Source of the DNA: an uncultured Oscillospiraceae bacterium
GTDB lineage: Bacteria > Bacillota > Clostridia > Christensenellales > Aristaeellaceae
Assembly (NCBI GenBank): GCA_964518875.1
Contig: CAZFHI010000008.1
Span: 1,929 to 65,928, forward strand
Direction: 5' to 3'
DNA length: 64,000 bases
Positions 29,647-36,899 of this stretch are shown in pieces. How positions within the stretch are numbered: position 1 is the first letter of the stretch; every line of letters begins with the position of its first letter. The notes beneath the pieces were generated by a model. The model saw nothing but the letters and a program-made list of their open reading frames with translations. It did no database searches and was not told the DNA's origin. Position numbers and translations under genes: made by a program.

Positions 29647-31586
29647 CCGCCGTACCTGTTTTTTTGGCGTTTGAAGTATGCGGGGTAACGCTTGTAAACC
29701 AGCTTATTCCCAAAAAAAGCCCTCTGTGCAGAGTATGGATAGGCTTAGTCTTTGGCATAATGATTATGATGTGGCTGCCTGCGCTTGTAGCGTTTTTCAT
29801 TCCGTTCTCGGTTGTCTCAAATCTTATAGCGTTAGGAATAGCCGCCGTAACGGCAGGTTCAGCTGTATTTATTTGTAAACAAAGGCCTTCCTTTGCGCTT
29901 AGCGAAAAGGACAGAGGAGATTTGAAAGCCATAGCTCTTGTAGCCGTGCCTTTGACTGCTCTTTCCGTGTACCTGCTGCATACGCATATTCTGCGCCCTG
30001 TTGAAGGCAGCCTGCACGCGGGGCAGTCTACCTATGGCGATCTGCCCCTGCACCTGTCAATAGCTGCTTCGCTTAGAAACAAGCAGCTTCCGCCTATATA
30101 CAGCATATACCCGAACGAAAGACTGTCTTATCCGTTTTTAATGGACAGCCTTTCCACAAGCTTTATGCTCTTTGGATCCAGCCTACGTTTCAGCATGATA
30201 TTCCCCGCAGCCGTTATGATGCTGCTCGTTTTTGCCGGGTTTATGCTGTTGGCTTTAAGCTTAAGCGAAGAAAGGCGCGCGGCGGCGCTGGCGTCCTTGC
30301 TGCTTTTTATAAACGGCGGATTGGGCTTTATATATTCGCTGGATATGGCGGGCGTAAGCTTAGGGAGCGCTGGAAGCAACGAGCTTAAGTACGGCGTATG
30401 GTTAGACAGGCTTAGTACAATATTTAACGGCTGGTACCAGACCCCTGCAAACCACGCGGAGTTTAACACGTATAACCTCAGATGGAGCAATATAATAGTC
30501 GATATGTTCGTTCCGCAGCGGACTTTCTTAGCGGGATGGGTATTTTTGCTCCCCTGCATATATTTAATGTATGATTTTATCAAATCAAAAAATCGCGATG
30601 TCAGGCAGCTTGTGCTGCTCGGAACCATTGCAGGCGGCATGCCGCTTATACATACGCACAGCTTTTTAGCGCTTGTGCTGCTGAGCTTCGCATGGTTTTT
30701 ATGGGATATTATAAAAAACAAGAATATAAAGCCCTGGCTTATATATATAGCGGTAGCGGGCGCATTGTCCCTGCCTCAGCTGTTTCTTTTCACATTCAAG
30801 CAGTCGTCCGCGAGCGAACACTTTTTAAATCTGCATTTTAACTGGGTAAACAACGACGGAGGCTTAAAAGACCCTTATATATGGTTCTACGTAAAGAACG
30901 TAGGGATTCCTTTTTTGCTTATTATATTGTCTCTTTTTGAAAAAAACAAAAAACACCGTTTTATATATTTCGGCGCCTTTATGATATTTGTTCCTGCGGA
31001 GCTTATACGCTTTCAACCCAATGTGTACGACAACAACAAGCTTTTCTATGTCTGGTACGCGCTCTGCACTATCCCTATAGCGGAATACGCCTTTTCAGTT
31101 TTTGATGCTTTAAAAAAATTTAAGTCGCGCAAAATAATCGCAGTTCTTTGCTGCCTTATGTTCTTTTTAACAGGCTCGCTTTCTATAATACGCGAAGTTA
31201 AAAGCGACTACCAGATGTTTTCAAAGGAAGATGTGGAACTATCCCAATGGGTAGAAGAAAACACCAGCGACGACGCTCTCTTTTTAAGCGGCACTCAGCA
31301 CATAAACCCCGTTTCATCGCTTGCAGGAAGGAAGATAGTGTGCGGACCCGCCATGTGGCTTTACTACCACGGCTTTGATACCGCTGAAAGAGAAAAAGAC
31401 ATACAGCTTTTTTACTCTTCGCCGTCTTTTGGCAATGATATTTTAAAAAAATACGGCGTCGACTACATACTGTTTACGCCGTTTGAAGCTTCCAGATACG
31501 GCGTAAATAAAGACGATCTTGCGTCGGCGTACAAAACACTTTATGACAAAGGCAGCACGGCCGTATTTAAGGCAGAATATGATTGA
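29643..31586 (+). CDS. Large polytopic membrane protein, GT-C-fold glycosyltransferase-like (ArnT/PMT/YfhO-type topology). Family not resolved.
   Basis: 647 aa with at least 12 predicted TM helices. Loop motif STYGDLPLHLSIAASL follows the early helices. Soluble C-terminal region (YYHGFDTAEREKDIQLFY...KKYGVDYILFTPFE). ATGA overlap with the upstream gene. Confidence 0.4.
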   Translation: MTAVPVFLAFEVCGVTLVNQLIPKKSPLCRVWIGLVFGIMIMMWLPALVAFFIPFSVVSNLIALGIAAVTAGSAVFICKQRPSFALSEKDRGDLKAIALVAVPLTALSVYLLHTHILRPVEGSLHAGQSTYGDLPLHLSIAASLRNKQLPPIYSIYPNERLSYPFLMDSLSTSFMLFGSSLRFSMIFPAAVMMLLVFAGFMLLALSLSEERRAAALASLLLFINGGLGFIYSLDMAGVSLGSAGSNELKYGVWLDRLSTIFNGWYQTPANHAEFNTYNLRWSNIIVDMFVPQRTFLAGWVFLLPCIYLMYDFIKSKNRDVRQLVLLGTIAGGMPLIHTHSFLALVLLSFAWFLWDIIKNKNIKPWLIYIAVAGALSLPQLFLFTFKQSSASEHFLNLHFNWVNNDGGLKDPYIWFYVKNVGIPFLLIILSLFEKNKKHRFIYFGAFMIFVPAELIRFQPNVYDNNKLFYVWYALCTIPIAEYAFSVFDALKKFKSRKIIAVLCCLMFFLTGSLSIIREVKSDYQMFSKEDVELSQWVEENTSDDALFLSGTQHINPVSSLAGRKIVCGPAMWLYYHGFDTAEREKDIQLFYSSPSFGNDILKKYGVDYILFTPFEASRYGVNKDDLASAYKTLYDKGSTAVFKAEYD

Positions 31587-31800
31587 CCGTTTTTTAACGT
31601 ATTCCTTGCAGCACAATAAAAAAGTTAAGGCGATGTGGCTCGAAGGAGATAAAATAAAGCAAGGCAACATTACAGTAAAAAAAATAGACGGCGATATTAT
31701 ATACTGCGCATTATCAAAATCTAAAGCGCTAAAAGCCATCGATAAACGGCAGCTGTTAAGCTTAGGCTACGCCCGCGGAGACAGCGGAGAAACTATTTAG
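31579..31800 (+). CDS. Small hypothetical protein (73 aa), translationally coupled to the GT-C-like gene
   Basis: ATG at 31579 overlaps the upstream stop by 8 nt (ATGATTGA). Sequence MIDRFLTYSLQHNKKVKAMWLEGDKIKQGNITVKKIDGD... has no TM helix. The ORF track starts at 31519 inside the upstream gene. Confidence 0.45.
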   Translation: MIDRFLTYSLQHNKKVKAMWLEGDKIKQGNITVKKIDGDIIYCALSKSKALKAIDKRQLLSLGYARGDSGETI

Positions 31801-31812
31801 CAAGGAGAACTT

Positions 31813-32283
31813 ATGAAGGAAAAAATACAGAATCTGCTTAAAAGCAAGGACTTACAGCAGATAATTAAATACATAATTTTCGGTATATTAACGACGCTTG
31901 TAAACTGGGCCGTATATTTTTCGCTTACTTTTTTGCTGAAGCCTGAAAATTACCCTAAGGGCAGCTTTGAAAACGCCGCAATACTCAATGTTTCAAACCT
32001 GTTAGGCTGGATATTGAGCGTTCTGTTCGCATTTTTCACAAACCGGAAATACGTTTTTAACTCAACGTCGAAAGACAAAAAAAGCAAATGGAAGGAGTTC
32101 GTTCTGTTCGTGTCCGCAAGGGCTTTAAGCCTGCTGCTCTTTGATATAGCCCTTTACAACGTGTGCATCTACGCCTTAAATATGCAGCATGGCATAGTTA
32201 AAATACTCATGAACGTGCTAGTTGTAATATTCAACTATTTCGCAAGCCGCTTCGTTGTATTCAGACAAAAAAAACATAATTAG
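31813..32283 (+). CDS. GtrA-family membrane protein (polyprenyl-phosphate-sugar flippase-like)
   Basis: 156 aa, 4 TM helices. IKYIIFGILTTLVNWAVYF and the FNYFASRFVVFR ending are typical of GtrA-like proteins. RBS AAGGAGAA. Confidence 0.8.
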   Translation: MKEKIQNLLKSKDLQQIIKYIIFGILTTLVNWAVYFSLTFLLKPENYPKGSFENAAILNVSNLLGWILSVLFAFFTNRKYVFNSTSKDKKSKWKEFVLFVSARALSLLLFDIALYNVCIYALNMQHGIVKILMNVLVVIFNYFASRFVVFRQKKHN

Positions 32284-32311
32284 CCGGTTAAATTTCTTTA
32301 GCTTGCTTTAT

Positions 32312-32944
32312 TTAAAACTCCTTCTTTTTGTAAATCCTTACAGAGCATACAAAAGACAACAGGTTAATAATAACAGTAAGCGCAAACAATATGCAGCCCG
32401 CAAGCTTTATGTTAACGCTTGAAAATACAGAAGGCCAGTTCGTTAATAAGTCTTTATTTGAACCGAAGTAAGAAAAAACAGCGAATACCACAAAGTAAAG
32501 AGCTACAAAAACCAGCCTTGATTTTTCCGCACCGAACTTATACATAAACGGAAGCTGAATGTCCGAAATAACCGTTGTAAGGAAAAGCATGGCAGGCAAA
32601 AGAACGTACCATGGCAAAATATAAGCATCAGCCTGAGGAATAAATCTTATAATAAACGCAAAGGCCGTGCCTATAAACGCCAGACACCAGATCGGTACAT
32701 AGCGGCTTAATACTATGGTTTCTTTTTTTACAGGCCCTGCGGCTATATACTGGTCGGAGTGCGATTCCGCGTCGTTTCCAAAAAGCATGCCGATAAAAAT
32801 AAGCGGTATTAAAATGAACATCAGCGGCATCGCTATAAAATTTTCTTCGTTGAAATTGTATATTCCAATTAATATTATCAAGGCCGCCAAAATTAATATG
32901 GGTTTTTTTATTGCAATAAAGTCCTTATAAATCAACGCTTTCAT
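32312..32944 (-). CDS. ABC-2-type transporter permease
   Basis: 210 aa, 6 hydrophobic helices. Start abuts the stop of the ATPase gene (1-nt overlap). Confidence 0.65.
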   Translation of the reverse strand: MKALIYKDFIAIKKPILILAALIILIGIYNFNEENFIAMPLMFILIPLIFIGMLFGNDAESHSDQYIAAGPVKKETIVLSRYVPIWCLAFIGTAFAFIIRFIPQADAYILPWYVLLPAMLFLTTVISDIQLPFMYKFGAEKSRLVFVALYFVVFAVFSYFGSNKDLLTNWPSVFSSVNIKLAGCILFALTVIINLLSFVCSVRIYKKKEF

Positions 32945-33795
32945 CAGCGGTTCCTCCTTATCATGTTAACCATAATGTCTTCAATGCTCGGTTTTTCCAA
33001 TTCCATATTTTTTGGAGCAAGCTCTCTTACAAGCAGCACTTCAACGCCGAATTTATGCGTTCTTTTTCCCACTATGGCTTTTCTGTCTATGCTTTCGAGC
33101 TGCTCCTTTCTAATAGAAGCCTTGCCGTATTTATCAATAAGGCCGTCCTTGGTATCCATAAAAAGCAGCCTGCCTTCATGTATAAAAGCAATATAGTCTG
33201 CAATTTTTTCAAGATCAGACAATATATGCGACGACACCAAAACAGTATTTTCTTCATTCTGAATGTATTCAAGCAGCAAGTCTAAAACATCGTCGCGTAT
33301 AACAGGGTCAAGCCCGCTCGTTGGTTCATCTAAAAGCAGCAGCTTAGCGTTATGGGAAAGTGCAAGCGCAATGCCCAGCTGCATTTTCATGCCGCGTGAA
33401 AAATATTTTATCGTCTTGTTTTCAGGCAGCTTAAAGTGGTTTAACAATCGTGAAAACGAAGCGTCGTCCCAGGCTTTATTGTACAGTTTTTTATGAAAAT
33501 TTCTAACGGTTTCAAGCGTCATTTCCTTTGGAAGATAAAGATTGTCAAATACGAACGCTATATCTTTTTTCATTTCTGTTGTAAAGCTGTGTATATCCTT
33601 ATCGAATATTTCAATTTTGCCGGAATCAGCTTCTATTAAGTCAAGCAGCAGCTTTATCGTAGTGCTTTTGCCCGCGCCGTTTTCTCCTATGTACCCTACG
33701 ATAGAGCCGCGCGGAACAGATAGGTTTATGGGACCAAGCGTAAAATTGCCGAACGTCTTTTTTACGTCTGTCATTTTAATGGCATTGTTAATCAT
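32944..33795 (-). CDS. ABC transporter ATP-binding protein
   Basis: Walker A GENGAGKST, signature FSRGMKMQL, Walker B LLLDEPTSGLD. 8-nt overlap with the GntR gene. Confidence 0.92.
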   Translation of the reverse strand: MINNAIKMTDVKKTFGNFTLGPINLSVPRGSIVGYIGENGAGKSTTIKLLLDLIEADSGKIEIFDKDIHSFTTEMKKDIAFVFDNLYLPKEMTLETVRNFHKKLYNKAWDDASFSRLLNHFKLPENKTIKYFSRGMKMQLGIALALSHNAKLLLLDEPTSGLDPVIRDDVLDLLLEYIQNEENTVLVSSHILSDLEKIADYIAFIHEGRLLFMDTKDGLIDKYGKASIRKEQLESIDRKAIVGKRTHKFGVEVLLVRELAPKNMELEKPSIEDIMVNMIRRNR

Positions 33796-34165
33796 TATTT
33801 TCCTCCAGTATATTAAGCATGTTTATAAGCTCTGAATGAGGGATGCCGGCTATTCTAGCATAATGTATGGCATCAGAAAGACTTGCCTCAATATTTTTCA
33901 AAAGCTTTTCTTTCACCAGCTCAGGATTTTGAGCAGCAACAAAACTTCCCTTGCCTTGAACGGAATTTATAAAGCCGTCTCTTTCCAGCTCATCGTAGGC
34001 GCGCTTTGTCGTAATGACGCTTATCCTGAGCTCTTTTGCCAATATGCGTATGGAAGGCAAGAGCTCATTTTCCTGAAGCTCATTTTTTAATATAGCGTCT
34101 CGAATCTGGTTTTTTATTTGCAGGTATATAGGCTCGTCGCTTGAGTTTTTTATAAGTATATTCAC
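33788..34165 (-). CDS. GntR-family transcriptional regulator, YtrA subfamily
   Basis: 125 aa. PIYLQIKNQIRDAILKNELQENELLPSIRILAKELRISVITTKRAYDELERDG winged HTH with a short C-terminal tail. Heads an ABC operon, as YtrA-type regulators do. Confidence 0.9.
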   Translation of the reverse strand: MNILIKNSSDEPIYLQIKNQIRDAILKNELQENELLPSIRILAKELRISVITTKRAYDELERDGFINSVQGKGSFVAAQNPELVKEKLLKNIEASLSDAIHYARIAGIPHSELINMLNILEENND

Positions 34166-34197
34166 GTTTCACCTCCATTCAAAGCTGTTTATATTGT

Positions 34198-34215
34198 ACA
34201 TATACACTTATATGT
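34198..34215. promoter_or_regulatory. Candidate GntR/YtrA operator (inverted repeat)
   Basis: ACATATA-CACT-TATATGT, 33-50 nt upstream of the GntR start codon. Confidence 0.35.
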
Positions 34216-34230
34216 TGTCAATACCCCGGC

Positions 34231-34258
34231 AATAAAAAAGAGGTCGTTTAAGACCTCT
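34231..34258 (-). terminator. Terminator of the ferredoxin gene
   Basis: Minus-strand AGAGGUC-UUAAAC-GACCUCU followed by UUUUUUAUU. Confidence 0.8.
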
Positions 34259-34279
34259 AATATTAAAGTTGTTTTTTTG

Positions 34280-34465
34280 TCAGGCTTCCTCTATAGCAGA
34301 AACCGGGCAGTTTTCTTTTGCTTCAGCCGCTTTTTCAATGTTTTCAGCAGAAACCTCTTCATCGCTGGCCTTAGCGACTCCTTCGTCTGTCATAGAAAAA
34401 ACTTCCGGGCATATTCCTTCGCACATGCCGCAGCCTATGCATTCATCGTTAACAAAATACTTCAT
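34280..34465 (-). CDS. Small [4Fe-4S] ferredoxin
   Basis: ATG at 34465 with RBS AAAGGAGG; the ORF track extends to 34519. 61 aa: MKYFVNDECIGCGMCEGICPEVF...ENCPVSAIEEA (CxxCxxC...CP plus a distal CP). Confidence 0.9.
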   Translation of the reverse strand: MKYFVNDECIGCGMCEGICPEVFSMTDEGVAKASDEEVSAENIEKAAEAKENCPVSAIEEA

Positions 34466-34592
34466 AGCAAACCTCCTTTTCAGATTAAAAACAGCTTTAA
34501 GCTGAACGCTTAAGGACAACCTTGCGTTTTGCGTATATCAAGGCTTTTCCCTTAGCTTACGGCTTCATAATACTACAAAACGGCATATATTT

Positions 34593-34610
34593 ATGTTGCT
34601 ATAGCAACAT
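34593..34610. repeat. 18-bp perfect palindrome ATGTTGCTATAGCAACAT (candidate operator, function unknown)
   Basis: Read directly from the sequence. Lies ~130 nt upstream of the ferredoxin start and ~60 nt downstream of the DUF5107-like gene end. Confidence 0.4.
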
Positions 34611-34667
34611 TTTATCGAGCTTTTGCTTTTTTTATGCTGATTGTATAATTTTTTGCTACTCTTCAGC

Positions 34668-36740
34668 CTATCTCATTCTAAAATCCAAGTGCGCAGGCGG
34701 CGGATAATCTCTCTTTACCTGCGACATTATTTCTTCTGTTGCTGGTTTGCCGCTTGTTTTTTTAAGCGCGAACAGTTCGAACCACAATTCTGTAAGCTTA
34801 ACCTCCCCTTCCCGCACGTCTGTAAGCTGTACAGGGCCGCGCAGCATTTTTTCAGCCAGATCATAGCCGCCGGTTTTGATAAGCGCTTCTATGTACAGCA
34901 TTTTAACGCGCCCAAGCTCTTGCTTATTTTTATCAAGCTTTTTATACAGCTCTATTGTTTCATCGAAACGTTCGGCTTCGTTAAACGCCCGCATGGCTTC
35001 AATAATCAGATGCCTTTCCGGAAGCATTTGAACCGCTTGTTTTAATTTATCCGCCGCTGAATTTAAATCGCCTTCCCATTGATACAGCACCGCGAGGCAG
35101 CGAAGCGCCCATGGGTTTTGAGCTGCTTTTATAGATTTTTTAAGGTTTTCTTTTCCTGAAGTAATTTCGTTTCTGTAAAGCTGCATTACTGCAAGCAGAT
35201 AATAGCCGTACCAGTGATTGCTTTTTTTGTTATTTATAGATTCGCTCAGCAGCTTCTCCCACTCATCGCCTATCTGATAGCTAAGCGGTTTGCTTAAAGG
35301 ATCTATGCATGGCAGGCGTCCTTCTTTAACAAGTTCCGCCCACGGGCTTTCTTGCTCTCCTATATTTTCGTTGCTAAATATAAGTCCCGCGTCGTTAAAG
35401 GACTTGTCCAGCATTTTCTGCACCGCCGCCCAGCCATCTGCAGAATGTACTATTTTGCCGTGCTTATTGTCTAATTCGGCTCGCGCTGTTTTATGCATGT
35501 TTTCTAATTGTTCGCGCGGGCAGGCCTTATTAAGCGCGCTTTCAACAGCTTTAACGGCCTTATTCCAGTCTTCACCCTGGGTTGCTTCGGCGTCCGCTTC
35601 AATCGCACCGTAGGCTTCCAACCAGTCAAACGTTTGATTAGCTTTCATGGGCAGATGCTCTAACTGCGTACGCGCAAGCCCCGCCTGCAGTTCAATGTAT
35701 GCCTGACCCGGTTCAGATAAAAACTGCTGCCAGTTTCTTCCGCCGTCCCCTGTTCCCCATACGAACAGCTTTCTTCCCTTAAGCGTATCAGTAGATGTCT
35801 GCACAAGGCCGTATCCGTTTGAATCAACGGCGGAAATCCACCTGCGCTGTCCTTTTGGCAAGTCAAAAAAGAAGTCCATTGACTGCTTAATCTGCGTTGT
35901 TCTGCTTATGTCCCAACAAGTCTGCATTTTGCTTAAATCTTGCGAAGACTTTTCATGGTTATCCCTGTATTCTTTAACGAACATATACGGTATTGAAACC
36001 TTGGACATTTCCCCGCCGTAGCCCCAGCGGTAGGCTGATTCGGCAGGAACAATGACGCGCACGTCGCTTCGCTCGTTAACGGCTATGTTACTCCACCAGT
36101 AAACCGCCGTATCTTTATTGCCCGCGTTATCTATGCGCACACGAACAAACAAAAACTTTGATTTTTCTGGAAGCATAGCTTCAACACGGTATACAAGTTT
36201 GCGCACCCTTTCATACTGGTACATGCGCAGCACAGGCGTTCCGTCCGATAAAGAAAGGGTTTCCGCAAAAACATTGTCCACCGTAAAAGGCGTGTGTCCT
36301 ATAATGCCTATGTTCCACTCAACGCCTCCTGAAACCCACGCATTGCGCAAGGCCAAATTGCAGGGCTGAAAAACCGGGTTGCAGTGCAATAGGTCTTTAT
36401 TCCTTTTCTTATCCTCAAGCGACCAAAGCCTGCCGCCTATTTCAGGCAAAAAAACAGCTTTTAGAAATTCATTTTCCAATACAACGGCCTTCCATTCCTT
36501 AGGACGCCTGTTCCTGTCAAAACTATCCTGAATCATGTATGGCAAAATACCGTTTACTCTTCCCCATCCCATGTATTTTGCTTCTTCTTCCGATATAGTT
36601 TTTTTGTCATATTTTATAGAAGCATGGCAGTCGGCATCACGTTTAAGATCCGGCAGCGGGTTTAATTCTCCAAGATCGGCTGATAAAATGGATATTTTTG
36701 TTAGGCTTAAGCTCGACATGTATAATAACCTCATTATCAT
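34668..36740 (-). CDS. DUF5107-like N-terminal domain protein with C-terminal TPR repeats
   Basis: 690 aa. The N-terminal ~330 aa (WSLEDKKRNKDLLHCNPVFQP, GGVEWNIGIIGHTPFT) resemble DUF5107 as I remember it. The C-terminal half has TPR-like helical repeats (YGYYLLAVMQLYRNE, ALRCLAVLYQWEGD). Confidence 0.45.
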   Translation of the reverse strand: MIMRLLYMSSLSLTKISILSADLGELNPLPDLKRDADCHASIKYDKKTISEEEAKYMGWGRVNGILPYMIQDSFDRNRRPKEWKAVVLENEFLKAVFLPEIGGRLWSLEDKKRNKDLLHCNPVFQPCNLALRNAWVSGGVEWNIGIIGHTPFTVDNVFAETLSLSDGTPVLRMYQYERVRKLVYRVEAMLPEKSKFLFVRVRIDNAGNKDTAVYWWSNIAVNERSDVRVIVPAESAYRWGYGGEMSKVSIPYMFVKEYRDNHEKSSQDLSKMQTCWDISRTTQIKQSMDFFFDLPKGQRRWISAVDSNGYGLVQTSTDTLKGRKLFVWGTGDGGRNWQQFLSEPGQAYIELQAGLARTQLEHLPMKANQTFDWLEAYGAIEADAEATQGEDWNKAVKAVESALNKACPREQLENMHKTARAELDNKHGKIVHSADGWAAVQKMLDKSFNDAGLIFSNENIGEQESPWAELVKEGRLPCIDPLSKPLSYQIGDEWEKLLSESINNKKSNHWYGYYLLAVMQLYRNEITSGKENLKKSIKAAQNPWALRCLAVLYQWEGDLNSAADKLKQAVQMLPERHLIIEAMRAFNEAERFDETIELYKKLDKNKQELGRVKMLYIEALIKTGGYDLAEKMLRGPVQLTDVREGEVKLTELWFELFALKKTSGKPATEEIMSQVKRDYPPPAHLDFRMR

Positions 36741-36811
36741 TAAAAATTAAATGATATAATAACATTATTTTTCTTTAAAAACAACGGTATTTTGTTTTAA
36801 AAAAGTATTTT

Positions 36812-36870
36812 ATAAAAAAATTACCGCGCAGATGCAAAGCCTGAGTCCAAGCTTGTTCATCCGCGCGGTA
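36812..36870 (-). terminator. Terminator of the second flavoprotein reductase gene
   Basis: Minus-strand UACCGCGCGGAUG-(23 nt)-CAUCUGCGCGGUA (13-bp stem, one mismatch) followed by AUUUUUUUAUA. Confidence 0.75.
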
Positions 36871-36899
36871 TTGTTTAATTTATTAAAGTTTAAAACGAG

